A stretch of 64,000 nt of DNA from an uncultured Actinomycetota bacterium (GTDB lineage: Bacteria > Actinomycetota > Actinomycetes > Propionibacteriales > Nocardioidaceae): contig CAWAFS010000031.1 of the NCBI GenBank assembly GCA_963781335.1, positions 54,059 to 118,058 of the forward strand, written 5' to 3'. Of this stretch, positions 38,465 to 47,525 are shown in pieces. Under the pieces are notes generated by a model. The model saw nothing but the letters and a program-made list of their open reading frames with translations. It was not told the origin of the DNA and did no database searches. Position 1 is the first letter of the stretch, and the number at the start of each line of letters is the position of its first letter. A program made the translations under genes and the position numbers.

Positions 38465-40294
38465 ATGTCGCCCGTCAACACCGACACCTCGTTCATCGAG
38501 AACCGCCCGCCCAACGTGGCCGTGCAGTTCCGCGACCGCGTCGCCAAGAGCCCGGCCGGCGAGGCATACCGCTACCCGACCGACGATGGCCAGCCCTGGG
38601 CGTCGGTGACCTGGAAGGAGACGGGGGAGAAGGTCCAGAAGCTCGCGGCCGGTCTGCTCGCGCTGGGAATCGGGTCCGAGCAGCGTGTGGGCATCGCGTC
38701 CGGCACCCGGGTGGAGTGGATCTTCGCCGACCTGGCGATCATGTGCGCGGGTGGTGCGACCACGACGGTCTACCCCTCGACCATGGCCGAGGACGTCGCC
38801 TACATCCTGGCGGACTCGGAGTGCCACGTCGTCTTCGCCGAGGACGACGAGCAGGTCGCGAAGCTCCGACAGCACAAGTCCGAGCTGCCGCACCTGGAGA
38901 AGGTGGTGGTCTTCGACGGCGCCGCCGATGGTGACTGGGTGATCGGCCTGGACGACCTGATCGGGCTCGGTGAGAAGCACCTCGCGAACGACGCCGAGGC
39001 GGTCAACCAGGCGATCGACTCGGTCCAGCCCGACCACCTGGCGACGCTGATCTACACCTCCGGGACCACCGGTCGCCCCAAGGGCGTGCGGCTGCGTCAC
39101 TCCTCATGGACCTACGAGGGTGCAGCGATCCAGGCCCAGCAGATCCTCACCGAGGACGACCTGCAGTTCCTCTGGCTGCCGATGGCGCACTCGTTCGGCA
39201 AGGTGCTGCTCTCCACGCAGCTGGCCTGCGGCTTCGCAACGGCCGTCGACGGCCGGGTGGACAAGATCATCGAGAACCTCGCGATCGTGAAGCCGACCTT
39301 CATGGGCGCGGCACCGCGCATCTTCGAGAAGGCCCACGCCCGCATCGTGACGATGCAGGCCGCCGAGGGAGGCCTGAAGGAGAAGATCTTCCTCACCGCT
39401 TTCAAGGTCGGTCGTCAGGTCGACGCCCTCAAGCGAGAGGGCAAGTCGGTCCCGATGTCGCTGAAGGTCCAGCACGCACTGTTCGACCGGCTGGTCTTCT
39501 CCAAGATCCGCGACCGCTTCGGCGGACGCGTGCGATTCTTCATCTCCGGTGCCGCCGCGCTGAACCGCGACATCGCCGAGTGGTTCCACGCAGCCGGGAT
39601 CCTGATCCTCGAGGGCTACGGACTGACCGAGTCCTCGGCCGGTTCGTTCGTGAACCACCCCGACAACTACAAGTTCGGCACCGTCGGACCTGTCGTCCCC
39701 GGCAGCCGGGTGCGTCTGGGCGAGGACGACGAGATCCAGATCGCCGGCCCCGGCATCATGGACGGCTACCACAACATGCCCGAGGAGACCGCGAAGACCC
39801 TCACCGATGATGGCTGGCTGCGCACCGGCGACAAGGGTGCGCTCGACTCCGAGGGCTTCCTGAGCATCACCGGTCGGATCAAGGAGCTGTTCAAGACCTC
39901 CGGTGGCAAGTACATCGCGCCGCCTGCGATCGAGGCCAAGTTCAAGGCCGTGTGCCCCTACGCCAGCCAGTTCATGGTCTTCGGCAGCGAGCGCAACTAC
40001 GTGGTCGCACTCGTCACCCTCGACCCCGACGCCATCGCGGGATGGGCCGAGGACAACGGCCTGGGCGGCAAGCCCTACGAGGAGATCGTCGCCGACGACA
40101 AGACCCGCCAGCTCGTGCAGGGGTACGTCGACCAGCTGAACGCCCAGCTCAACCGGTGGGAGACCATCAAGAAGTTCGAGCTGCTCGACCACGACCTCTC
40201 CGTCGAGTCCGGCGAGCTCACCCCGTCGATGAAGGTCAAGCGCAACGTCGTGGAGAACAAGTACTCCGGCATGATCGACGAGCTCTACGCCTAG
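38465..40294 (+). CDS. long-chain fatty acid--CoA ligase (AMP-dependent synthetase)
   Basis: AMP-binding motif LIYTSGTTGRPKG, GYGLTE, TGD...G.L.I.GR.KE. Confidence 0.9.
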   Translation: MSPVNTDTSFIENRPPNVAVQFRDRVAKSPAGEAYRYPTDDGQPWASVTWKETGEKVQKLAAGLLALGIGSEQRVGIASGTRVEWIFADLAIMCAGGATTTVYPSTMAEDVAYILADSECHVVFAEDDEQVAKLRQHKSELPHLEKVVVFDGAADGDWVIGLDDLIGLGEKHLANDAEAVNQAIDSVQPDHLATLIYTSGTTGRPKGVRLRHSSWTYEGAAIQAQQILTEDDLQFLWLPMAHSFGKVLLSTQLACGFATAVDGRVDKIIENLAIVKPTFMGAAPRIFEKAHARIVTMQAAEGGLKEKIFLTAFKVGRQVDALKREGKSVPMSLKVQHALFDRLVFSKIRDRFGGRVRFFISGAAALNRDIAEWFHAAGILILEGYGLTESSAGSFVNHPDNYKFGTVGPVVPGSRVRLGEDDEIQIAGPGIMDGYHNMPEETAKTLTDDGWLRTGDKGALDSEGFLSITGRIKELFKTSGGKYIAPPAIEAKFKAVCPYASQFMVFGSERNYVVALVTLDPDAIAGWAEDNGLGGKPYEEIVADDKTRQLVQGYVDQLNAQLNRWETIKKFELLDHDLSVESGELTPSMKVKRNVVENKYSGMIDELYA

Positions 40295-40449
40295 AGCCTC
40301 CACAGGAAGCAGGAGCTCGTGCCCGGTCCCAGCCAGCGTCGGCAACGCGTCGCAGACCTCGCTCGACTCCGACATCGTCTTCAGCGACGGCTACTCGCTC
40401 CAGCCGGCGCAGGTCACCGGCAGCAACGACAAGGGCTGTCTCGCCACCC

Positions 40450-41412
40450 TCAACGTGCCAGTCTGACGCGGGTGATCCAGTAGTCGGCGGTCTCGGGCGT
40501 GGGGGTAGCGGTGCCGAATCGCGCGTTCGGCAGGTAGAGCCTGGACCGGTGCCTCGCGATCGTGGTCGGCACGTCGAAGCCCGGTGACCTCAGGGTGCGC
40601 ACGAGGCGGCCGAAGGTGCCGTGCCGGTTCAACCGCAACACGGCCACCTTGTTGTCCCGGTTCTGGGCGACGTAGAGGGTGCGGCCCTGGCGCAGCATTC
40701 CGTCACCGTTGGTCAACGCGTAGCCGCGGAGTCCGACAAGGGTGGCGCGACCGTTGTGGGGATTGACTCGGAAGAGCTTGCCGGTGTTCGACTGCACGAC
40801 GAGCAGCGCGCGTCCGTCCGGGGTGGTGCTGATCCCGTTGGCGTTGAACTCCATGGGCACCTGGTTCCATGCGCCCGTGAGCGGCACGGTCCGGACCCTG
40901 GCCCGAGCAGCCCGGCCCTTCGCCGGCGACACCTTGTAGAGCACTGCGCGCTGGGAGTCGGTGAACCAGGCCGCGCGCCTGCGCAGCACGACGTCGTTGA
41001 CGAAGGAGGGGTCGGTCGAGGCGCCGACGAAGTCGTAGGTGGCCAGCACCCGTCCCGTGCGGCTGTTCACGACCTTGGCGTCGCCGTCGGCGCCGCCGGC
41101 CACCCACAACCGGCCCCTGCCGTCGAGCTTCATCCCGACTGACGGGGTCCCGTCGCCCTGGCTGATCACCCGCCCTCGCCCGGTGTGCAGGTTGGCACGA
41201 TAGATGTCGCCGTCGGCGAGCGAGCCGACGTAGGCGACCGGGCGCCGGCCGATCGCGATGCCCTCGGGTCGGAAGCCGTCGGGGAGGTTGATCCGCGACG
41301 GGCCCGGGGTGCGGGACGCGGTAGCGGTAGCGGCCGGGGGAGCGGCCGCGGTCAGTCCGGCGACGAGCAGGACGGTGAGCAGGCTTCGGGTCGAGCGTCT
41401 GGCGATTGACAT
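40450..41412 (-). CDS. secreted beta-propeller protein (SMP-30/gluconolactonase/LRE-like, tentative)
   Basis: Signal peptide MSIARRSTRSLLTVLLVAGLTAAAPPAATA. Repeated blade-like segments (PEGIA, NGIS..DGR). Start at ATG 41412 with GGAGGA upstream. Confidence 0.65.
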   Translation of the reverse strand: MSIARRSTRSLLTVLLVAGLTAAAPPAATATASRTPGPSRINLPDGFRPEGIAIGRRPVAYVGSLADGDIYRANLHTGRGRVISQGDGTPSVGMKLDGRGRLWVAGGADGDAKVVNSRTGRVLATYDFVGASTDPSFVNDVVLRRRAAWFTDSQRAVLYKVSPAKGRAARARVRTVPLTGAWNQVPMEFNANGISTTPDGRALLVVQSNTGKLFRVNPHNGRATLVGLRGYALTNGDGMLRQGRTLYVAQNRDNKVAVLRLNRHGTFGRLVRTLRSPGFDVPTTIARHRSRLYLPNARFGTATPTPETADYWITRVRLAR

Positions 41413-41495
41413 GAGTCCTCCTGTTCCCTCCCAGAAATATCCTCGCATCCTGGCTTCCGGGCAACCCCTCAGCGCCTCGGTGTGACACTGGTGCT

Positions 41496-42650
41496 GTGCC
41501 TGCCACCTCGGCCGGAGTTCCCTTCGGCGTCTACGTGCACGTCCCTTTCTGTGCGGTCCGGTGCGGCTACTGCGACTTCAACACCTACACCGCGACCGAG
41601 CTCGGTGGCGGTGGCTCGCAGGCGGCGTACGCCGGTCACGCGGTGGCTGAGGTGGAGTACGCCGCCGCCACGCTCGGCCCCGACCTGCCCCGGGTGGCGA
41701 CCGTGTTCTTCGGCGGTGGCACCCCGACCCTGCTCCCGGCGGGCGACCTGACCCGGATCCTCGCCGCGATCGGCTCGACCTTCGGGCTGGCGCCTGACGC
41801 CGAGGTGACCACCGAGGCGAATCCCGACAGCGTCACCCCGGAGAGCCTCGCCGCACTGCGCGCGGGAGGCTTCAACCGGGTCTCGTTCGGGATGCAGTCG
41901 GCGGTGCCCCACGTGCTGCAGGTCCTCGAACGCACCCACGACCCCGCGAACGTGGCCCGGGCAGTCGCGTGGGCCCGCGAGGCCGGCTTCGAGCAGGTGA
42001 GCCTGGACCTCATCTACGGCACTCCGGGGGAGTCGGTCGCCGACTGGCGGCTCTCGGTGGAGTCGGCGCTCAGCTGCGAGCCGGACCACGTCTCGGCGTA
42101 CTCCCTGATCGTGGAGGCAGGCACCCGCCTGGCTCGGCAGGTGCGCACCGGAGTGATCCCGGCGCCGGACGAGGACGACCTGGCCGAGAAGTACGTCGTC
42201 GCTGACGACGCCTTCGCCGAGGCCGGACTGCACTGGTATGAGGTGTCCAACTGGGCCCGCGGCCCAGCAGGAACCGGGGCCGCGCGCTGCCGTCACAACG
42301 AGCTCTACTGGACCAGTGCGAACTGGTGGGGTGTCGGCCCGGGTGCGCACTCGCACGTCTCGGGGGAGAGGTGGTGGAACGTGAAGCACCCCAGCGCCTA
42401 CGCCGCCCGGATCGGTGCGGGAGAGTCCCCGGCCCAGGAGGGCGAGGTCCTGGACCAGGAGACCCGGACCTTGGAACGGGTGCTGCTCGAGACCCGCCTC
42501 CGCGACGGCCTCCCCCTCGACCTGGTGGATCGCCCACGCGTCGACCAGGTCGTCGCCCGGGATCTCGGGGTCCTCGAGCACGACCGGCTGGTGCTCACCC
42601 GGCGGGGGCGGCTGCTCGCTGACGCGGTGGTGCGGGACCTGGTCGGGTAG
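41496..42650 (+). CDS. hemW: radical SAM heme chaperone HemW (HemN-like)
   Basis: CxxxCxxC cluster motif (CAVRCGYCDF), GGGTP, and a HemN_C domain. Conserved position between lepA and hrcA. Confidence 0.9.
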   Translation: MPATSAGVPFGVYVHVPFCAVRCGYCDFNTYTATELGGGGSQAAYAGHAVAEVEYAAATLGPDLPRVATVFFGGGTPTLLPAGDLTRILAAIGSTFGLAPDAEVTTEANPDSVTPESLAALRAGGFNRVSFGMQSAVPHVLQVLERTHDPANVARAVAWAREAGFEQVSLDLIYGTPGESVADWRLSVESALSCEPDHVSAYSLIVEAGTRLARQVRTGVIPAPDEDDLAEKYVVADDAFAEAGLHWYEVSNWARGPAGTGAARCRHNELYWTSANWWGVGPGAHSHVSGERWWNVKHPSAYAARIGAGESPAQEGEVLDQETRTLERVLLETRLRDGLPLDLVDRPRVDQVVARDLGVLEHDRLVLTRRGRLLADAVVRDLVG

Positions 42651-42765
42651 GGGCTGCAGGTTTCCCCGGCCGACCGGGGACACCGGACGTTGTCGGCCGA
42701 TGCTTCACCCCACGACGACATGGATCGGTGGACCACCCCATCCGTCATGTCCGCTCCGTCAACAG

Positions 42766-42793
42766 GGGTTGACACCACGCAGAGTGTCAACCC
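42766..42793. promoter_or_regulatory. 10-bp perfect inverted repeat GGGTTGACAC-N8-GTGTCAACCC overlapping TTGACA boxes
   Basis: Read directly. 13 nt upstream of the small HTH gene. Confidence 0.45.
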
Positions 42794-42805
42794 AAATTGA
42801 CATCC

Positions 42806-43015
42806 ATGACCACGGAGTCGGATCTCGCCACCGCGGCCGGCGCGTCGGACCCCCAGGTCGGCCTGCGTGCCGTCCGGGCGCTGCGTCGGCTCCTCGAGGA
42901 GCTCGAGCGCACGCAGGTACGCCGGGCTCGGGAGCACGGCTGGTCGTGGCAGGAGATCGGCGCGGCCCTCGAGGTGAGCCGCCAGGCCGTGCACAAGAAG
43001 CACCGCCGAGTCTGA
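42806..43015 (+). CDS. small helix-turn-helix DNA-binding protein
   Basis: C-terminal HTH GWSWQEIGAALEVSRQAVHKKH. ATG 42806 preferred over the TTG 42797 of the track. Confidence 0.7.
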   Translation: MTTESDLATAAGASDPQVGLRAVRALRRLLEELERTQVRRAREHGWSWQEIGAALEVSRQAVHKKHRRV

Positions 43016-43025
43016 GGAGCACGCC

Positions 43026-43475
43026 GTGTTCGAACGATTCACCAAGCCGGCCCGGAACGTGGTCAGGCAGGCGATGGACGTCGCCACCGAGACTGGTGCC
43101 AGCCAGGTCAGGCCCGAACACCTGCTCGTCGCGCTGGTGCAGGACGAGGACAACCTGGCCGTCCGGGTGCTGGGCGACCTGGGTGCAGGAGGTGGTCCGA
43201 CGCGTCGGCCGCGGCTCCGGTGAGGCGAGCACGCGTGGGCGGCCGAGGTTCTCGCGCGGGTCGAAGAAGGCGCTGGAGCTCTCGCTGCGCGAGGCGATCG
43301 AGCTTCGACACCACCACATCGGCACCGAGCACCTCCTGCTGGGCCTGGTGCGCGGGGGAGCTCCGCTGGTCCGAGACACGCTCGAGGCCGTCGGCGTGGT
43401 GCCCGGCGCCCTGCGGTCAGCGCTGGTCGACGCCCTGCGCAAGGTCAGCCGACCAGTCCGGTCACTCCTGGGTGA
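43026..43475 (+). pseudogene. Clp amino-terminal (Clp_N) domain protein, frameshifted; 3' end uncertain
   Basis: Repeat 1 MFERFTKPARNVVRQAMDVATETGASQVRPEHLLVALV ends at TGA 43221. Repeat 2 KKALELSLREAIELRHHHIGTEHLLLGLV is in the +1 frame, which has no stop until 45171. The original frame reopens and stops at 43473..43475. Confidence 0.6.
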
Positions 43476-44322
43476 CGAAGTCGATCAGCTGCTCGACCCG
43501 GCCGAGCAGTGCGGGGTCGAGGTCCTGGAAGCCGCGAACGCCACCGAGGATGTGCTTCCAGGCGCGGGCGATGTCGGCCTGGTCGCGGTGCGGCCAGCCA
43601 AAGCTCTGGCAGACGCCGTGCTTCCACTCGATGTTGCGGGGGATCTGCGGCCACGCCTTCTGGCCGAGGCGCTCGGGCTTCACCGCAGCCCAGATGTCCA
43701 CGAACGGGTGGCCGACGATCAGCACGTGCCTGCCGACCTCCGATTTCGCCACCGAATGGGCGATCCGGCTCTCCTTCGACCCGGGCACGAGGTGGTCGAC
43801 GAGTACGCCGACCCGGCGCTCGGGCCCGGGGCCGAAGTCCCGGAGGTGCTCCGCGAGGTCGTCCACACCTTCGAGGTACTCCACGACCACGCCCTCGATC
43901 CTGAGGTCGTCGCCCCACACCTTCTCGACGAGCTCGGCGTCGTGACGTCCTTCGACGAAGATTCGGCTGGCCCGGGCGACCCGTGCCTTGACTCCCTGGA
44001 CGGCGACCGATCCCGACGCCGTACGCGTCGGCGCGACCGGTCCCTGGCGGGTCGGGGCGACCAGCACCACGGGGCGGCCCTCGAGCATGAACCCCGGGCC
44101 GAGCGGGAACGTACGTCGCTTGTTGCGCCGGTCCTCCAGGGTCAGCGTGCCGAGGTCGCGCTCGACCTTGACGATCTCGCCGCACCAGTCGGTGGTGACC
44201 TCCTCGACCACCAGGCCGAGGTCGGCGTCGATCTCGACCGCGCGGCCGTTCTCCGGCACCCGCCAGTCGGCGGCGAGGACGTCAGAGCCGTAACGGTCGT
44301 TCGGGGCGGGTGGGGGAGTCAC
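43462..44322 (-). CDS. DUF3097 domain-containing protein
   Basis: 286 aa. The conserved actinobacterial protein found between hemW and hrcA (FVEGRHDAELVEKVWGDDLR...VGHPFVDIW). Confidence 0.75.
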   Translation of the reverse strand: MTPPPAPNDRYGSDVLAADWRVPENGRAVEIDADLGLVVEEVTTDWCGEIVKVERDLGTLTLEDRRNKRRTFPLGPGFMLEGRPVVLVAPTRQGPVAPTRTASGSVAVQGVKARVARASRIFVEGRHDAELVEKVWGDDLRIEGVVVEYLEGVDDLAEHLRDFGPGPERRVGVLVDHLVPGSKESRIAHSVAKSEVGRHVLIVGHPFVDIWAAVKPERLGQKAWPQIPRNIEWKHGVCQSFGWPHRDQADIARAWKHILGGVRGFQDLDPALLGRVEQLIDFVTQE

Positions 44323-44399
44323 CGGGCCAACGCTAGGGCGAGCGGGCAGCAGCAGTCGGTTGGCGCGCCGGAGATTGTCTCTTGCCTTGCGAACGGTCG

Positions 44400-44409
44400 C
44401 GATATATCG
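44400..44409. promoter_or_regulatory. AT-rich palindrome CGATATATCG in the padR upstream region (candidate operator or -10 region)
   Basis: Read directly. Followed by CATATCGAG. The only AT-rich patch in this intergenic region. Confidence 0.3.
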
Positions 44410-44484
44410 TCAACATATCGAGACTGTGTCGGCGAGACCCCAACAAGCGGAGGCCCCGACACCAGCATGAAGGGAGGTCTCGAC

Positions 44485-45171
44485 ATGGGACACGCGATGT
44501 GGACACCAGATTCTGAACCGAACCGCCGTCAGCGCGGTGGTCGTGGACGCCGCGGCGGCCATGGACACGGCCCGTGGGGCGGCCCCTGGGGCGGCCCGAT
44601 GGGCGGTCCGCCGCCGTGGGTCGCGCAGATGTTCGGCCCCGAGTTCGCCGGTGCTGCCGGCGGCCGAGGTGGCGGCCGCCGTCCCCGGGTCCGCCGGGGC
44701 GACGTCCGCTCGGCCATCCTCGACATCCTGCACACCTCCGAGGGGGCGGTGAACGGCTACCAGATGATCCAGCAGATCGCCGAGAAGACCGATGGTGTCT
44801 GGAAGCCGAGCCCCGGCTCGGTCTACCCGACCATCTCGCAGCTGGAGGACGAGGGCCTGGTCGAGGACGCACCCACCGGCCGCAAGGCCGTCCAGCTCAC
44901 CGAGGCGGGCACGACCTACGTCCAGCAGCACCCCGAGGAGATGGCGGCCGTGTGGGCGCCCTTCGCGGAGGAGCAGGACGACGACGAGGTCGTGAACTTC
45001 AAGCAGGTCATCGGCCAGACCGTCGGCGCGATCATCCAGGTCGCGACGACCGGGACACCGGACCAGCGCGAGAAGGCGATCGAGATCCTCGGGGACACCC
45101 GGCGGCGGCTCTACAGCCTCCTCGCCGAAGGGCCGGACGACTCCGACCCTGAATCGTTCGAGGAGGAGTGA
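44485..45171 (+). CDS. PadR family transcriptional regulator with Gly/Pro-rich N-terminal tail
   Basis: Winged helix ILDILHTSEGAVNGYQMIQQIAEKTDGVWKPSPGSVYPTISQLEDEGLV. GGGAGG upstream of ATG 44485; alternative start at 44467. Confidence 0.85.
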   Translation: MGHAMWTPDSEPNRRQRGGRGRRGGHGHGPWGGPWGGPMGGPPPWVAQMFGPEFAGAAGGRGGGRRPRVRRGDVRSAILDILHTSEGAVNGYQMIQQIAEKTDGVWKPSPGSVYPTISQLEDEGLVEDAPTGRKAVQLTEAGTTYVQQHPEEMAAVWAPFAEEQDDDEVVNFKQVIGQTVGAIIQVATTGTPDQREKAIEILGDTRRRLYSLLAEGPDDSDPESFEEE

Positions 45172-45578
45172 TGGACTCGCTGCGCCTCAGCGACGCGGAC
45201 CGTGAAGCGGCGGTGGCACTGCTCGGCGACCAGTACGCCGTGGGCCGGCTCACCAAGGACGAGTTCGACGAGCGCAGCGACGCGGTGTGGTCGGCGAGGA
45301 CCGAGGGCGATCTCGTTCCGGTCTTCGCCGACCTACCTGCGCGCTCGGCGGCACCGGCCGTCCGGAACCGACGGCGAACCTCGTCACGGTGGATGATCCC
45401 GTTCGTGCCGGTGCTGATCGCGGTGATCGCCATCTCCGTCGTCGCGCACCTGCCGTTCGTCCTGCTCGGGCTCCTCGCCTGGTTCGTGCTGTCTCGTCGG
45501 TGCCGCACCGCGAGCCCGTGGTCCGATCGGCCTCAGAGCAGCGGCAGCCGCTTCGCGGTGCGGGGCAGCTGCTCGTAG
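45168..45578 (+). CDS. DUF1707 domain membrane protein
   Basis: LRLSDADREAAVALLGDQYAVGRLTKDEFDERSDAV is the DUF1707 signature. C-terminal TM helices. Overlaps the padR stop. Confidence 0.8.
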   Translation: MMDSLRLSDADREAAVALLGDQYAVGRLTKDEFDERSDAVWSARTEGDLVPVFADLPARSAAPAVRNRRRTSSRWMIPFVPVLIAVIAISVVAHLPFVLLGLLAWFVLSRRCRTASPWSDRPQSSGSRFAVRGSCS

Positions 45579-46381
45579 GCGCGGCGTACGGCCTCGCCCA
45601 GCGCTTCGGCCGGATAGGGCCACTGCGTCGCCTCGAGGGCCTGCCCGAGCGGCACCCCGCGGCCGGCGAGGTCGCGGATGGTCTCGGCGACCACGCCGAT
45701 CGAGGAGCGCTGCTCCTGCACGAAGTCGCGGGCCACGGGGACGCCGTGCCCCGGGACGACCACCGTGCCCGGACCGATCAGCTGGAGCACCAGGTCGAGC
45801 GAAGTGGGCCATTCCATCGGGAAGCAGTCCATCCCGTACGACGGCACGCCCGACTCCTCGACGAGGTCACCGGCCAGGACGACATCCGCGTCATCGATAC
45901 GTACGACGAGATCGCCCTCGCTGTGGCCACGCCCTGGGTGCACCAGCTCGACGGTCCGGTCGCCGAGGTCGATCGCCGTCACGGAGGAGAAGGTGTGGTC
46001 GGCCGGCACGATCGGCGTCTGCGCCATCTCTTCGGCGCGGTGGTCGCCGCGTGCCAGGGAGGCCGCCCGCGTCTCCTCGCCGTGGGAGACGGTGTTGGCC
46101 GCGGCTGCTTCGTGGGCCGTGATCGGCACCGGGCCGTAGGCGTCGCGGAACGCAGCGTTGCCGAAGACGTGGTCGACGTGCTCGTGGGTGTTGACCAGCC
46201 CCACCAGCGGACGTGAGGAGAGCCGGCGCAGGTCGGAGATCACCTCCAGCGCCGCCTTCGTCGAGGCGTGGGTGTCGACCACGATCAACCCCGCGTCGCC
46301 CTCGATCACGGAGACGTTGACGTCGTACCACTCATAGCGCGCCACCCAGACGCGCGACCCGACCTCCGTGAACTTCGACAC
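45533..46381 (-). CDS. MBL-fold metallo-hydrolase
   Basis: THEHVDH motif and later GHS...D. GTG start at 46381 ([13 protein letters not shown]). Confidence 0.82.
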   Translation of the reverse strand: MSKFTEVGSRVWVARYEWYDVNVSVIEGDAGLIVVDTHASTKAALEVISDLRRLSSRPLVGLVNTHEHVDHVFGNAAFRDAYGPVPITAHEAAAANTVSHGEETRAASLARGDHRAEEMAQTPIVPADHTFSSVTAIDLGDRTVELVHPGRGHSEGDLVVRIDDADVVLAGDLVEESGVPSYGMDCFPMEWPTSLDLVLQLIGPGTVVVPGHGVPVARDFVQEQRSSIGVVAETIRDLAGRGVPLGQALEATQWPYPAEALGEAVRRAYEQLPRTAKRLPLL

Positions 46382-46409
46382 GCCCGCGAGCCTACGTCGC
46401 CTAGTACCC

Positions 46410-46436
46410 TTGGCACTCGGATCGAGTGAGTGCCAG
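46410..46436. promoter_or_regulatory. CIRCE operator (HrcA binding site)
   Basis: TTGGCACTC-N9-GAGTGCCAG versus consensus TTAGCACTC-N9-GAGTGCTAA. 15 nt upstream of the hrcA start. Confidence 0.85.
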
Positions 46437-46451
46437 AAGACGGGAGGCGAG

Positions 46452-47474
46452 ATGCAGGAGGACCGCAAGCTCGCCGTCCTGCGCGCCATCGTCGAGGACT
46501 ACGTGTCGACGCGCGAGCCGGTCGGCAGCAAGGCACTCGTCGAACGGCACCGGCTCGGCGTCTCACCCGCGACCGTCCGCAACGACATGGCCGCGCTGGA
46601 GGAGGAGGGGCTGATCGCCCAGCCGCACACCAGTGCGGGCAGGATCCCCACCGACAAGGGCTACCGCTTCTTCGTGGACCGGCTCACCCAGATCAAGCCG
46701 ATGTCGGCAGCCGAGCGCCGCGCGATCTCGACCTTCCTCGAGGGCGCGCACGACCTGGACGACGTGATCCAGCGCTCCGTGCGGGTGCTCGCGCAGCTGA
46801 CCCAGCAGGTCGCGATCGTGCAGTACCCCTCGCTGGCGCGCTCCACCGTGCGGCACATCGAGCTGGTCTCGCTCTCCCCGTCCCGGCTGCTCGTGGTGCT
46901 GATCCTGTCCACGGGTCGCGTCGAGCAGCGAGTGGTCGAGCTGCCGGTCGAGCTCGACGTCGAGGCGCTCGCCGACCTGCGCTCGCGGGTCCTTCGCGCG
47001 GCCGTGGGTGAGCCGATCACCGCGGCGGCCAACGCGTTGGGCTCACTGGCCGAGCAGTCCGACCACATCGAGCGCACCCACGTGGCGGTGATCACGACCG
47101 CGCTGGTCGAGGCGATGTCCAACGAGCGCTACGACGAGCGCGTCGTGGTGGGCGGCACGGCGAACCTCGCCCGCTTCGGCGACGGGTTCGACCTGTCGAT
47201 CAAGCCGATGCTCGAGGCGCTCGAGGAGCACGTCGTACTCCTCAAGCTGCTCGGCGAGGCCACCTCGCCGGACTCGATCACCGTGCGCATCGGCCACGAG
47301 GGCCCCTACCAGGAGCTGGCCACGACCTCCGTGGTCGCGACCGGCTACGGCCCGGGTACGCAGGCCGTGGGCTCACTTGGCATCGTGGGACCCACGCGCA
47401 TGGACTACCCGGGTTCGATGGCGGCCGTCCGCGCAGTCGCCCGCTATGTCTCCACGATCCTCGACGAATCCTGA
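46452..47474 (+). CDS. hrcA: heat-inducible transcription repressor HrcA
   Basis: [29 protein letters not shown]...[27 protein letters not shown] before ATG 46452. Confidence 0.95.
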   Translation: MQEDRKLAVLRAIVEDYVSTREPVGSKALVERHRLGVSPATVRNDMAALEEEGLIAQPHTSAGRIPTDKGYRFFVDRLTQIKPMSAAERRAISTFLEGAHDLDDVIQRSVRVLAQLTQQVAIVQYPSLARSTVRHIELVSLSPSRLLVVLILSTGRVEQRVVELPVELDVEALADLRSRVLRAAVGEPITAAANALGSLAEQSDHIERTHVAVITTALVEAMSNERYDERVVVGGTANLARFGDGFDLSIKPMLEALEEHVVLLKLLGEATSPDSITVRIGHEGPYQELATTSVVATGYGPGTQAVGSLGIVGPTRMDYPGSMAAVRAVARYVSTILDES

Positions 47475-47525
47475 TCCCGCAGCACCCAGCCAGACCCCCC
47501 GAACCCCATCCGAAAGACAGAAAAC

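Noticed and set aside
42415-45171. 918-aa plus-strand ORF
   Set aside because: It is a chimeric open frame. It covers the hemW 3' end out of frame, intergenic DNA, the shifted Clp_N repeat 2, the antisense of DUF3097 and finally padR. Only the Clp_N part and padR are real coding sequence.
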